The notes beneath the pieces are model-generated. The model was not told the origin of the DNA. It made no database searches and saw only the letters and a list, made by a program, of their open reading frames with translations. Below, one piece after another: positions 52,040-62,520 of a stretch of DNA of 64,000 nucleotides. Position 1 is the first letter of the stretch; each line of letters begins with the position of its first letter. The translations under genes were made by a program, and so were the position numbers. Origin of the DNA: Terriglobia bacterium (GTDB taxonomy: Bacteria > Acidobacteriota > Terriglobia > Acidiferrales > UBA7541). The DNA lies in the NCBI GenBank assembly GCA_963695545.1, contig OY968796.1, positions 3,648,001 to 3,712,000 of the forward strand, given 5' to 3'.

Positions 52040-53173
52040 TTAGCGCAACACGTGGCGGATTGCGAAGGCCACGCACAACATCAGGACGGCGGACGCGGGG
52101 ATAACGAGTAAGGCTTTCTTTAGGCGGCGCGGGTCGCGGCCGGCGATCAGGCCGATGACGCGCGAACTGACGGCGAGGCCGGTCCAGCCGCAGGTGATCA
52201 CGAAACCGATCGCGGTGCCGCTCATGCGCGGGAAGGTGTCGCCGACGATGGCCAAAGTGGTGGGAAAAACCGGCGCCATGGCGAGGCCCGCGAGAAAAAC
52301 GAGGGCGCCGGCGGCGGCAGCGCCGTTCGTGCGCAACATCAAGAACGTGGTAACCGCCATGGCTGCCGATGCGATCAGCATCACAGTGATCGCGGGCACG
52401 CGGATCAGAATCGGCGAAACGCCGACGCGGCCAATCAGCAGGCCGAGCGCGAATCCGAGCGAAAGAATGTTCAGCGCGCGCGATTCGGGAATGCCCTGCG
52501 CGATCAAATGGCGCGGCAACCAGTTCCAGATGCCGACCTCGCAACCGACGTAGAGAAAAAGGAAGAGGCTGAGCAGAAATAGGAGCGGGCGCGCGAGCAC
52601 CGGAGTGGCGTCGGCGAGCGAGAAACGTTCGGCGCCGGTGGGGCCGGGCATTTTTGTGGCGGCCTCGATTGCGAGCGTGACGACGGTGAGCGACGCGATG
52701 GTGTAGCACAGCCGCACCCAGTTGCGCCCGAAAAGATTTGCGGCGATGAACGGCGTGGTGAGTCCGCCGAGTCCGAAAAAGAGATTGACCAGGTTCAGCG
52801 CGGTGGCGCGATGAGCTTCGCTGACGTCGCTGACCAGAGCGTTCGCGCCGGTGACCACGATGCCGCCGCCGACTCCGAGAAGGAAAAGCGTGAACAAAAT
52901 ACTCCGGAAGCCCGCGGATCGCGGCAGCATGAACAGCGCGATGGAAATGAACGCGAGACCAAGGATCAGGCCGATCTTTTTGCCTTCGTTATCGAGCAGC
53001 GGGCCGACGCCGACGGAAGCGATGATGAGACCGAGCGCTTGCGCGAACGCGATGGTGCCATTCTGGCGTGGAGACAAGTGGAAACGATCCGAAAGGTCAG
53101 GCAGGATTGTGCCGAGCATGGCAGCGATCATGCCGTAGACGAAAATGGCCACGATCGCGGAGAGAATCAGCAC
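52040..53173 (-). CDS. MFS transporter (FucP/TsgA-like)
   Basis: About 12 TM helices; FLYVGCE; FPT. Confidence 0.85.
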   Translation of the reverse strand: MLILSAIVAIFVYGMIAAMLGTILPDLSDRFHLSPRQNGTIAFAQALGLIIASVGVGPLLDNEGKKIGLILGLAFISIALFMLPRSAGFRSILFTLFLLGVGGGIVVTGANALVSDVSEAHRATALNLVNLFFGLGGLTTPFIAANLFGRNWVRLCYTIASLTVVTLAIEAATKMPGPTGAERFSLADATPVLARPLLFLLSLFLFLYVGCEVGIWNWLPRHLIAQGIPESRALNILSLGFALGLLIGRVGVSPILIRVPAITVMLIASAAMAVTTFLMLRTNGAAAAGALVFLAGLAMAPVFPTTLAIVGDTFPRMSGTAIGFVITCGWTGLAVSSRVIGLIAGRDPRRLKKALLVIPASAVLMLCVAFAIRHVLR

Positions 53174-53206
53174 GCGACGACTCTTCTTCGGATTGCTGAG
53201 CTTGCG

Positions 53207-54082
53207 TTAATGTGCGAGAGCCTGCTGAATGCCCAGCCGCGACGCTCTGAGTGAACCGGTGGGATCCGAGGTCGGATAATATTCCATGGCCATGAATTTG
53301 TCGTAATTTAGTTCGGCGAGTTTGCGGTAGATATTGGCGTAGTCGATTTCGCCGGTTCCCGGCTCGTGACGGCCGGGAACATCGGCAATGTGAATCAATC
53401 CCACCAAGCCGATATTGTTTTCCAACTTTTCGATCAGATTACCGTACGAGCGCTGCTCATGATAAATGTCGTACAACACTTTGAGATTTGGGCTTCCCGC
53501 CGCGCGAACGATGTCGAAACCGTCGGTGACCGTACTGAGATAGATTGTCGGATTTTCAAGAAGATCGATCGGCTCAATCACGATCTCGATGTTGTCTTTG
53601 GCGACGGAATCGGCGGCGCGCTTCAGATTGTCAATCGCGGTCAGACGCTGCACATCCGGGCTGACGCCTTCGACGCGCTTGCCGGAGAGCAGAATGATCT
53701 TGGAACACTCGAGCTTCTTCGCCCAGGTGGCTTGCGCCGCGAACTGCGTTGCGAAATCCGCTGACTGATCGGGGACGGCGAAGCCGGCTTTCACGCCGCT
53801 CATGGCGTCGAAGATCATGCCGAGCGCACGCATGCGGGCCATGATGCGGGTGGTATCCGCGTCCGACCAGTTGTAGAACTCGCCGACGAGCTCTACTCCC
53901 TGGTATCCCGCGGCGCCGACGATTTCGATGCACTGATCGAACGGAGCCTGCTTTTCGAGCGCCCAGAGCATGAACGACAGGCGCGAGCCAACCGAAGAGG
54001 GCGTGGATTGAGGAGCGCCGCGCAAAAGCGTGTGGCCTATGGCTGCGGCGATGGAGAGCTGGCTAAACTCGCGACGATTCAT
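53207..54082 (-). CDS. Tat-exported hydroxypyruvate-isomerase-like TIM-barrel protein
   Basis: NRREF signal; EP, LYDIYHEQ, HIADVPGRHEPGTGEI. Confidence 0.85.
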   Translation of the reverse strand: MNRREFSQLSIAAAIGHTLLRGAPQSTPSSVGSRLSFMLWALEKQAPFDQCIEIVGAAGYQGVELVGEFYNWSDADTTRIMARMRALGMIFDAMSGVKAGFAVPDQSADFATQFAAQATWAKKLECSKIILLSGKRVEGVSPDVQRLTAIDNLKRAADSVAKDNIEIVIEPIDLLENPTIYLSTVTDGFDIVRAAGSPNLKVLYDIYHEQRSYGNLIEKLENNIGLVGLIHIADVPGRHEPGTGEIDYANIYRKLAELNYDKFMAMEYYPTSDPTGSLRASRLGIQQALAH

Positions 54083-54096
54083 AAGGCGCCTCGCGT

Positions 54097-54981
54097 TCAG
54101 AGTTGGAGCAGGTAGTCGTAATCGACTTTGGCGGCTTCGAGCGATGTCATGTCCGGAAACGGCGGCTCCTGCTCGACGTAGTAATGCACGACGTCCGTTT
54201 TGGCCGCGGCAGCGAAGATCGGTTTGTAATCGATGTAGCCGCGGCCCAATTCTGTGCCTTGAGGACGATCAATCGTGAGCGAAGTGCTGATTTTGCTGCC
54301 CGCGACAAAATCCTTGATGTGCAGCATTTTGTATCGATGCGGATACTTTTGGAAATATTCAACGGGGTTGTGTCCCGCGGCGACCATCCATCCGCAATCG
54401 AGCTCGAAATCGACGAGGGAGGGATCGGTTTCGGCGAGCAGCGTGTCGTAGCCGAATTTGCCGTCGGCAAAAGGGCGAAATTCAAAGTTGTGGTTGTGAT
54501 ACGCGTACTGCAAGCCGGCTTGCTTGGCCCTTTGTCCGATATCGTTGAGGAGCGCGGCCAGTTTCTTAAAGTCGTCGAGCGACGGAGGAGAGCTCGCGGT
54601 CGAAGGAAAAATCGCAGAACATACGGCGAAGTGGGCGCCGACTGCGTGCGCGTCGTCGAAAACGGGGCCTAGATCGGGAGTATTCATTTGAAGATGGGCG
54701 CTATAGCAGATGAGGCCCGCGGCGTCGAGCGCGGCGCGGAATTGCTTCCCAGTGAGCCCGGCGAAACCAGCCGTTTCCACGCTTCTATATCCGATCGTGT
54801 TGAGCTGAGTTAGCGTGCCGCTGACATCTTTCTGAAGTGCGTCACCGACGGTGTAGAGTTGCAAACCGATCGGCTGTCCCAAGGGCGTGGCCGAGGCCGG
54901 CCGGGCGAGCGAAGTTGCCGCCAGAGTGGCCGCGGCTACTGTTCCTCGTTGCAAAAATTGGCGTCGGGATATTGGGCGCAT
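54097..54981 (-). CDS. Tat-exported sugar phosphate isomerase/epimerase-like TIM-barrel protein
   Basis: SRRQFL signal; GLQLYTV, YHNH..EF, ELD.GW, LHIKD, VEQE. Confidence 0.88.
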   Translation of the reverse strand: MRPISRRQFLQRGTVAAATLAATSLARPASATPLGQPIGLQLYTVGDALQKDVSGTLTQLNTIGYRSVETAGFAGLTGKQFRAALDAAGLICYSAHLQMNTPDLGPVFDDAHAVGAHFAVCSAIFPSTASSPPSLDDFKKLAALLNDIGQRAKQAGLQYAYHNHNFEFRPFADGKFGYDTLLAETDPSLVDFELDCGWMVAAGHNPVEYFQKYPHRYKMLHIKDFVAGSKISTSLTIDRPQGTELGRGYIDYKPIFAAAAKTDVVHYYVEQEPPFPDMTSLEAAKVDYDYLLQL

Positions 54982-55056
54982 CGATTCTTCCTTAGCGCGT
55001 ACCACAATACGCTCCCGCGCAGAGCGCGCATCACACGGAAGTCGGAGTGCGAGAAA

Positions 55057-55986
55057 CTACCAAGCGTCCGATGGGCTTGGCTGCGTTCCGGTGTAGGGCG
55101 AACAGCACGGCGTCTTCACCGGCAGGAATTCCATGAATTCGATGCGCGTTCCGTCGGGATCGTGCAAGGGCAATTGCAATTTTCCATCGACCCCAAGCCT
55201 CTTTGGATCCGTGTCGTCAGGGGCTTTCCAGCCGCGCTGTTCCAATTTCGCCTGGAGATCGGCGACGCTCGCGACGCCGGGCGAGGAGTGATTGGCGCTG
55301 CCGAGCTGCGCACGCGAAGGATCGGCCGGCAGATAAAGCATGTATTCGATCCAGTCGGTTCCGTCGGGCACCTGCATCATCACCCAGTCGATGTCGCCCT
55401 CCTTTGCGCCGCCTTGCCAGTACAAGTGGAAGCCGAGGAGGTCCCTATAGAAATGATCGAGCAGGGCGCGGTTACGCACCACGTAACCAGCGTGAATGAT
55501 GTGCGTGCTCAATCGCTGTGACGCGGACGCGGGCATTGGCAGCGAGTGGTCACCCAGCTGCGTAAACTCGACTTTGTTTCCCTCCGGATCGTGAACGAGA
55601 AAACTGCGGCTTCCATCTTGCTCCACTGTTACCGCATCTGGCACTGTGACGCCGTTCGCGCCAAGAAATTTTCGCAGGGACTCCGCATCGCTGGTAGAAA
55701 AGGCCACGAGATCAAAACGATCGTCCATTCCCGCTTGGGGAGGAGAAAGCAGCTCGATGTACTGCGCGTGATTCACGTAAAAACGAATGCCGGAGGGAGC
55801 CCCCGTTGGCGGCTGCGGATCCCAGCCGAGCAGCGTTGCGTAAAATTCTCGCGACTTCGCGATATCATCCGCGTAGAGCGTGACGTGCGAGATGCCAGTT
55901 ATGGCCGGGCGTGGCGCGGAAGTCTGCTGCGCGAGAGCTACGCCTGGGAGAATAAACGCGAGAGCGAGGACGATGTACTTGGACAT
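55057..55986 (-). CDS. Secreted two-domain VOC/glyoxalase-family protein
   Basis: Signal peptide; ISHV..FY..LG, DPEGNKVEF, IIHAG, DPDGTRIEF. Confidence 0.82.
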   Translation of the reverse strand: MSKYIVLALAFILPGVALAQQTSAPRPAITGISHVTLYADDIAKSREFYATLLGWDPQPPTGAPSGIRFYVNHAQYIELLSPPQAGMDDRFDLVAFSTSDAESLRKFLGANGVTVPDAVTVEQDGSRSFLVHDPEGNKVEFTQLGDHSLPMPASASQRLSTHIIHAGYVVRNRALLDHFYRDLLGFHLYWQGGAKEGDIDWVMMQVPDGTDWIEYMLYLPADPSRAQLGSANHSSPGVASVADLQAKLEQRGWKAPDDTDPKRLGVDGKLQLPLHDPDGTRIEFMEFLPVKTPCCSPYTGTQPSPSDAW

Positions 55987-56070
55987 TGGAATCGACTCCT
56001 GACTAGCCGGAGCACTTGTATCAGTTTTCCGTAAGGACGTCACGAGACCAGAGGCGAAAAACTGACGTTC

Positions 56071-57294
56071 TCATTCCACTGCGACAACCACGAGCGTGAA
56101 GTCGTCGTGGAAGTTTCCGTTGCAGAAGCTGACCACGTCTTTCTTGATTGCGGCGAGCATTTCAGCGGCGCTCAGCGCAGTGTTTCGACTTCCCAGCTCG
56201 AGCAGTCTTCGTTCTCCAAATTCCTGTTCGTCCGGATCCATCGCTTCGGTCAGGCCGTCGGTATAAAGCACAAGTCGATCTCCCCTGTTCAACTGAATTC
56301 CGGCTTCGCCGTAACTCCGGTTTGGAAAGATCCCCAGGGGCGCTCCTCCTTCTCTCAATGGAAACGCCTCACCGGATTCGTGGAACAGAATGGGCGGGCA
56401 GTGACCGGCGGTTGAGTAGGTCAACCTATTGTCGGCGGTATCGATTGTGCAGTAGCAGAAGGTGACGAACTTATCGAGAGCGATGTTATTGGATATCACT
56501 TCATTCAGCTTGCTCACGAGAGTGCCTGGCGAGACCGTTTCCGAGGCGAAGGCCCGAAAGCTGGCCTGCAGGTTGGCCATCAACAGCGCAGCGCTAATGC
56601 CTTTGCCGACCACATCACCGATGCAGACCCCAATCTTTTTCTCACTAAATTTCAGCACATCGAAATAATCCCCACCAACGACGCGCGCAGGTTGCCACGC
56701 TCCGGCAATTTCCAGTCCTCTCACCTGGGGAATCTTCTTGGGTAAGAGCCCTTCCTGAATCTCTCGCGCCTTGTCCAGCTCCTGCCCTTGCTGCAGCGAT
56801 AGCGTGTTTCCGATTTCGACGGCGCGTTGGAGCGCGAGATTCTTGCGCTCGAGGCGGCCGCGCGTTTGTTCATACAAGTGGCGGGCGCTCCCCACGATCA
56901 AAATAACCACGACGATGAGTTTGCCGCTGCTCCAAAGCTGTGCGAAGAACGCGCCAAAGTGAGCTCGATCCAACACCCCCGCGATGATCGTGACCGTCAG
57001 CACGACGCTGGCACTGGCCACCAGGAGTAACGCTATGAGGAACGCGATCCAGTCAAAGGGAAAGCGGAAGCGCGACCACAATGGAGCAAGATGATTCATG
57101 ATCGGAGTGGTCAAATTACCGATGACGAGAGTGTAGAGGAGTATGGTGACGAAGCCGGCGCCCGGGCCGCGCACGTTCGTGCCCCACAGAATCGCGAACA
57201 ACGCGCCCGCGACCACGAACAAGAAGCCCTGCCTTGAGAAAAACGCGCGCGCGCGATCGGAGCGAGATAGGAAGTGCGTGATGGAAAACGCCAT
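56071..57294 (-). CDS. Membrane-anchored SpoIIE/RsbU-type PP2C phosphatase
   Basis: Four TM helices; AREIQ..LLP, VGGDYFD, DVVGKG, YTDG..EA, DDFT. Confidence 0.9.
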   Translation of the reverse strand: MAFSITHFLSRSDRARAFFSRQGFLFVVAGALFAILWGTNVRGPGAGFVTILLYTLVIGNLTTPIMNHLAPLWSRFRFPFDWIAFLIALLLVASASVVLTVTIIAGVLDRAHFGAFFAQLWSSGKLIVVVILIVGSARHLYEQTRGRLERKNLALQRAVEIGNTLSLQQGQELDKAREIQEGLLPKKIPQVRGLEIAGAWQPARVVGGDYFDVLKFSEKKIGVCIGDVVGKGISAALLMANLQASFRAFASETVSPGTLVSKLNEVISNNIALDKFVTFCYCTIDTADNRLTYSTAGHCPPILFHESGEAFPLREGGAPLGIFPNRSYGEAGIQLNRGDRLVLYTDGLTEAMDPDEQEFGERRLLELGSRNTALSAAEMLAAIKKDVVSFCNGNFHDDFTLVVVAVE

Positions 57295-57474
57295 CAGTCT
57301 TTAGCCAGGTGCGACCGTGTGGGACCGGGATCGCGAGGCATGTTATGCGGTAGCAAAATGCAAGTCAACGCGGGAGCACCAGACGCACTTTCGATAGCAA
57401 TTCTTCGCAGGATGCGCCGCGAATCGGAGAAACCGCCACCGCGCGATGAGTTCTGAATACGAATCCGGTTCAGC

Positions 57475-57517
57475 AAAAAACAAAAGCGCGCCGAGCAGCG
57501 ATTGCTCCCCGGCGCGT
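57475..57517 (-). terminator. Intrinsic terminator of the OmpA-domain gene
   Basis: CGCGCCG..AGCA/TGCT..CGGCGCG stem followed on the minus strand by CTTTTGTTTTTT. Confidence 0.6.
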
Positions 57518-57534
57518 CTTGTGCGGAGGCGAGT

Positions 57535-59256
57535 CTACTGGTCGGCTTCAACCTTTTTTAGCGTGGGTTTCGCGATCTGCCAGATCAAGCCGGAATCGGC
57601 GGCGGCGTGCGGGAAAAACTGCGCCGATTTCTTGTCCGAGGGCAGCAGCACGATGTCCACGCGCCGATTGTTGGCGTACCAATCGCCGGTCTTGTTGTGC
57701 AGACGCGCTTTTGGCGGAGGTTGCGGGTTCGAACTCTCGAATTCCATGACGTCGGACTTCGAGAGCTGATCGTCCTTGCCGTGCGCCGCCGTGGCGATCT
57801 TGTCCGCGGAGATTCCCTGGTCGACCAAATACTGCTTGATGACCTCCACGCGGCGCTCGCTCAGCTCCTGGTTGAAGGCCTTCGAGCCACGCGCGTCGGC
57901 GTAAGCGTCGAGGGAAAGAGTCGCGGACGGATCGTATTCGAGGTACTTCTTGAATCCGGTGGCGAGGTCCGCGAGCGTGGCTTCCTGACTCTTCACCAGC
58001 CCGACTTGCGGATGCTTCTTATCCGGATAATCCGTGGGATAGAAGACGCTTTGCAGAGTGACTGTCGGAATCGGCTCGACGCTGCCCGTGATGTGAAGTG
58101 CAGCCGTCGCGGTGGCACTGCCGCCGCAGACATTAGTTGCGTTCAGAGTGTAGGTGGTGGTCTCGTCGACGGTGCGGGCCGGCTGGCCTTCGGGAACCTC
58201 GGAGGTGTCCTTCGGCTCGGGCTTCAGCGCCTGGCTGCCGCTTGGATCAACTTTGCCGATCGGGTCGATCGAGACGCTGTCCGCGTTCGAGGTCTGCCAG
58301 GTCAGCGTCGAGGAATCCTGGGTGATCACTTTGTCGCCGATTTTGCGGTAGTGCACTTCCGCCGGGTTCAGCGAAAGGCTCGCCACCACCGCCGTGTTGA
58401 CGTTTACCGTTCCGGTGCCCTTCACGATTCCGCCAGGACCATCGGCTTCGAAATTGTAGATGGTGGTCTGGTGTGGCGTGACGCTCTGGCTGCCGCTCAA
58501 CGCGACCGGGCCAATTCCACTGATGCTCGCATCGATGGCTTCGGTTGATTGCCACGTCAGCGTGGAGGACTGGCCGCAGTTGATATCGGTTGGCGCTGCC
58601 GAAAAGCTTCCGGTGACGCCCGCGACGGCGATGCGATCGCTGATCCAACCACCGGTGTAGCGGGGGATATTGCTGAGTTTGGAGAGCTGATCCTTGGCCT
58701 GGGTTGTTTGAGCGCCGTTTTTCGAGAGGTCGATCGTGACCCTCTGATTTGCGGTGACGGTGACGTCGCTGGTCCACGAATCCGTACCGTTCCGCGTAAC
58801 GTCCACGTGGTAGATTCCGGGCGGAACGAGCAAATTTCTGTGCCACCACCAGTCGTGGTTCGCCGCCCCCACGTTCGCCGTAAAATAAAAAGGCGACTTC
58901 CCGTTCAGCAGCACCGCCGAATGGCTGTCACCACCCTTGAATTCAATCTGGCCAAACGGCCCGCTGACCGGACCGCCCGAGGCATCGAGCGTGACCGCCA
59001 GATTCGTGGTCTTACCGGCATCGATATTTACATCCTGCGTCGAAGCCTTGTAGCCGTAATTCATCACGGCAACCGTGTGCTTCCCGGAGCTGAGCGGAAT
59101 GGTCTCGCTGCCTTCGCGAATGGCTTTTCCGTCGACAAAAAGGTACGAGTGTTTCGGCACCACCTTGATCTTTAGCTTTCCATCCTGCGCGAGGCCGGAC
59201 GTGGCGGTCAGCGCAAGGACCGTCACGAGGATGAAGAGATACCCAAGTCGTCGCAT
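57535..59256 (-). CDS. Secreted PEGA / Ig-like repeat protein with OmpA C-terminal domain
   Basis: Signal peptide, PEGA-like repeats, STLTW repeats, AD.RG...NQELSERR and NRRVDI. Confidence 0.85.
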   Translation of the reverse strand: MRRLGYLFILVTVLALTATSGLAQDGKLKIKVVPKHSYLFVDGKAIREGSETIPLSSGKHTVAVMNYGYKASTQDVNIDAGKTTNLAVTLDASGGPVSGPFGQIEFKGGDSHSAVLLNGKSPFYFTANVGAANHDWWWHRNLLVPPGIYHVDVTRNGTDSWTSDVTVTANQRVTIDLSKNGAQTTQAKDQLSKLSNIPRYTGGWISDRIAVAGVTGSFSAAPTDINCGQSSTLTWQSTEAIDASISGIGPVALSGSQSVTPHQTTIYNFEADGPGGIVKGTGTVNVNTAVVASLSLNPAEVHYRKIGDKVITQDSSTLTWQTSNADSVSIDPIGKVDPSGSQALKPEPKDTSEVPEGQPARTVDETTTYTLNATNVCGGSATATAALHITGSVEPIPTVTLQSVFYPTDYPDKKHPQVGLVKSQEATLADLATGFKKYLEYDPSATLSLDAYADARGSKAFNQELSERRVEVIKQYLVDQGISADKIATAAHGKDDQLSKSDVMEFESSNPQPPPKARLHNKTGDWYANNRRVDIVLLPSDKKSAQFFPHAAADSGLIWQIAKPTLKKVEADQ

Positions 59257-60074
59257 CGATGTGTCTCCTGTGAGGTGAATTCCCATTTTAGAACTTCCAG
59301 CCAAGCCAGCGCCGTACATCGGCGGTCGTTCAGGCCTTTCCAAGCATTCCAACCATAGGCTTTACCAGCGCCTAGAGTCTGTTCAGTTCGGTACAGCACC
59401 ATTTAGATGCTCGCGGCGGGGCAAGTTGCGTCCTGATAAGTGGGATTCCCGAACGTCGCCGCTTTTGGGACGAATCGAGGCTGGGGGACAGATTGTAGCG
59501 GATTGTCGGTAAATCGGAAACATGGGATGACCGTTCCCGAAAAATCGAGCCTGGGCGTTTTGAGGGAGCGACTGAGGCGGCACGATTTGCGGTAAGCAAA
59601 GAGAGCTCTTAGCAAATCCAGCCGCCGTTGGCGCGACGGAGGAACACGTTGACACAGTGGGGATAAAACGCTATATAGCCTCATCGCGCGATGAGCTTTT
59701 GGCGTGGCCCAAGCCCGGAGCAAACTAATTTTTTCATCGTGACGGGGCCGGGCGGTTCCGCCGAGTTAAGTATTTGATGCGCTTCCGACTTTCGCGTTAG
59801 GGAGTCGGGACCAGGATGGCCGCGTTGAGTTTTTCGGTGTGGATCGAGGCTGTGCGAGTCGGTAGACCGCGCGATGTCAGCTATGTGTTAGGCAGCGGAC
59901 GAATCTCGGCGCTGAGCGATTCGGCTCTTCACTGGAAAAATTCAAACTGGGAATTTCGAGACCGGCAATGCGAATTGCCGGCTGATTCGAGAAATGCGCT
60001 CCGCGCATAGCGGCGATCATCTGCGCAAAACGAACTGGCAACGGATTGGCAGTGAAGAAAAAGGAGCCGAGACG

Positions 60075-61925
60075 ATGACGACGAAACTCGAAGCGCAGGC
60101 ACCTAGGGCCACGCGGGTGCGCGCGCGCCGTTTGGCGCCTGTGGTGATGGGCGCGGTGATGGCGCTGGCCGGTGCGGCGCTATGGCTATCGCCGACGGTG
60201 AAGGCGCAACAGTCCACCCACCTAGACGGGCGGGAGATCTCGGAAATGTACGATCCGGGCGTGGTGATGATCGTCACGATCTTCAAATCGACGGTGTCCG
60301 TGCCGCAGTGGTCGCTTCCGGATCAGAGCATCGACGCGCTGCACAATTTCGCGGCGGCGCAGGCTAAGTCGGGCGTGATTTCGGGATCGGTTGAGGACGT
60401 GCTGCGAACGGAATTGCAAGAGATGGCGAACAATCCGACGCAATACCTCGTGCCGACCAGCAACATGATCTCAAAGGAACTGCCTGAGGCGTTTTCGGGC
60501 TCGGGCTTCATCCTGACTCCAGACGGTTACATCGTGACGAACGCGCACGTGGTGAGCATGGATCCGGACGATCTGAAGAAATTGTTCGCGACGGACTTGC
60601 TGACGCAGTTGATTCCCAACGATGTGCAGACGTTGCAGAACGACCTGAAAGTGCAGCTTTCCGATGAAGAGCAGAAGATGTTTCAGAGCGCCCTGCTCGG
60701 TTTTTACACCCACTACATGCAGATGACGGACCCGACGACTTCAGTGACGGCGCAGATCGGCATCGCGATACCTGGTCTTTCGACGCTGACCAAGCCGATC
60801 GTTTGCGATGCCCTAAAGGTCGGCGAGATCACGCCGGGCAAAGATGTGGCGGTGCTCAAGATCGAGCAAACGAATCTGCCGACGGTTCCGGTGGGAGACG
60901 ACACGAAGATGCAGGTGGGCGACAAGGTCTTCGTCATCGGCTATCCGGGCTCCGCGGAGCTCGGCCAATCGGCGATGGGCTCCGAGCCGACGCTGACATC
61001 GGGTGAAGTGAGCGCCCGACAGACCATGCCCGGCGGCTGGCAAGCGATTCAGACCGATGCCGCGATCAATCACGGCAATAGCGGCGGGCCGGCCTTCAAC
61101 GATCAGGGCCAGGTAATCGGCATCGCGACGTTCGGCGCGGACAACGCACAGAACATCAATTTCCTTGTGCCGATGAGCATCGCGAACGAGTTTCTGAATG
61201 GCCTGAACATCAAGCCTCAGGAAAGCCAGCTGTCGAGCCAATATATTCAGGCAATCAACGACTTTGAGGCCAAAGATTGCAGCAAGGCGCTGGGCGAGTT
61301 CGAGCAGATCAAGAACTTGAATCCCGGATTTCCGTACGTTCAGGACTACATCAGCCAAGCCACGAGTTGCAAGCAAGCGCAGCCGCTAATTCCGATGGAC
61401 TATTTGATCGTGGGCGGAGTGGTGCTCGCGATTGCGATCGCCATCGGAGTGTGGGCGATGGTCAGGAAAAAACCGGCGCCGGCCGTGGCGAGTGCGACCG
61501 TTAACATAGGCACGGTGGCCCTACCGGCGGGCGCCCCGCCGCCTCAGGGCTTGCCCGCGGGCGCTTATGGCGCGCCTGCCGCTGGAGGTTACGCGGCGCC
61601 GTCGGGTCCAGCGCGCAGCTATGGCAGCTTGCAAGGGGTCTCGGGCGCGACGGCTGGCAAGCGATACGAAATTACCAAGCAAGGCCTGCTGATCGGACGC
61701 GATTCGGCGAAGTGCCAGATCGTGTTGCCGGAAGACGCGGTGTCCAAGGAGCATGCTTGGGTGGTGCCTGTGGATGAAGGCGTGGTGTTGATCGACCGCG
61801 GCTCAACCAACGGCGTATTTCTGAATTCGCTCGATTCGCCGAAGGTCAGCAAGGTCGTGCTGCACCACGGCGACAAGATTTATATCGGCAAGGGCGCGGC
61901 CTGCTTCACGTATCTGAGCAGCTAA
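60075..61925 (+). CDS. Trypsin-like serine protease-TM-FHA fusion protein
   Basis: Catalytic triad TNAHVV / DVAVLK / GNSGG; TM LIVGGVVLAIAIAIGVWAMV; FHA IGRD..VSKEHA..STNG. Confidence 0.88.
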   Translation: MTTKLEAQAPRATRVRARRLAPVVMGAVMALAGAALWLSPTVKAQQSTHLDGREISEMYDPGVVMIVTIFKSTVSVPQWSLPDQSIDALHNFAAAQAKSGVISGSVEDVLRTELQEMANNPTQYLVPTSNMISKELPEAFSGSGFILTPDGYIVTNAHVVSMDPDDLKKLFATDLLTQLIPNDVQTLQNDLKVQLSDEEQKMFQSALLGFYTHYMQMTDPTTSVTAQIGIAIPGLSTLTKPIVCDALKVGEITPGKDVAVLKIEQTNLPTVPVGDDTKMQVGDKVFVIGYPGSAELGQSAMGSEPTLTSGEVSARQTMPGGWQAIQTDAAINHGNSGGPAFNDQGQVIGIATFGADNAQNINFLVPMSIANEFLNGLNIKPQESQLSSQYIQAINDFEAKDCSKALGEFEQIKNLNPGFPYVQDYISQATSCKQAQPLIPMDYLIVGGVVLAIAIAIGVWAMVRKKPAPAVASATVNIGTVALPAGAPPPQGLPAGAYGAPAAGGYAAPSGPARSYGSLQGVSGATAGKRYEITKQGLLIGRDSAKCQIVLPEDAVSKEHAWVVPVDEGVVLIDRGSTNGVFLNSLDSPKVSKVVLHHGDKIYIGKGAACFTYLSS

Positions 61926-61979
61926 GCGCTCGCAGATTCACCAGCGGCTTGCAACATACGAAGCCACGGAGGGAATGAC

Positions 61980-62501
61980 ATGTCGAAATTCTGCGCAAAT
62001 GGACATCAGATGGAGGATTCCTGGGAAATCTGCCCGTACTGTCAGAAGACGGGCATGGATACTCCGCCGCCTGGGAAGACGCGCGTCCAGAGCGGTGACA
62101 CAGTTCTCGGCGGGCGGCCACCGGCTGCGCCCGGCGCGGGCTTTGGGGCAGGACCCGGCGGTGCGCGCAAAACCGTGGTGATCGGCGAAAAGCCGGCCGG
62201 CGCGGTGGTGGGTTGGTTCGTCGCGCTTAACGGCGGCCAGATGGGCGAGGATTTCCGCGTCCGTGACGGTCACAACGTGCTGGGCACCGGTCCCGATTGC
62301 GAAATCGTTCTGGACGACGCGACGGTTTCCGCCAAGCACGCCAGCCTGCGCCGGAAAGACGGCAAGTTCTGGCTGACCGATCTCGATTCAACCAACGGCA
62401 CCTTCGTGAACGATGGAACCGAAGCGATCGCCCGCGAAGAGATCAAGGACAACGACACGATCAAGCTGGGCAAGCTGGCGCTGAAATTCAAGTGCCTCTA
62501 G
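61980..62501 (+). CDS. Zn-ribbon + FHA domain protein
   Basis: CANGH..CPYC; VSAKHA, DLDSTNGT. Confidence 0.88.
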   Translation: MSKFCANGHQMEDSWEICPYCQKTGMDTPPPGKTRVQSGDTVLGGRPPAAPGAGFGAGPGGARKTVVIGEKPAGAVVGWFVALNGGQMGEDFRVRDGHNVLGTGPDCEIVLDDATVSAKHASLRRKDGKFWLTDLDSTNGTFVNDGTEAIAREEIKDNDTIKLGKLALKFKCL

Positions 62502-62520
62502 CTCTAGAACGCAGAGACCC

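Noticed and set aside
59578..59591. Sigma54 promoter GGCACGATTTGC
   Set aside because: GG-to-GC spacing is 8 rather than the required 10.
59738..59760. attR-like copy of the tRNA-Asp 3' end
   Set aside because: Only a short GC-rich match in inverted orientation, with no integrase.
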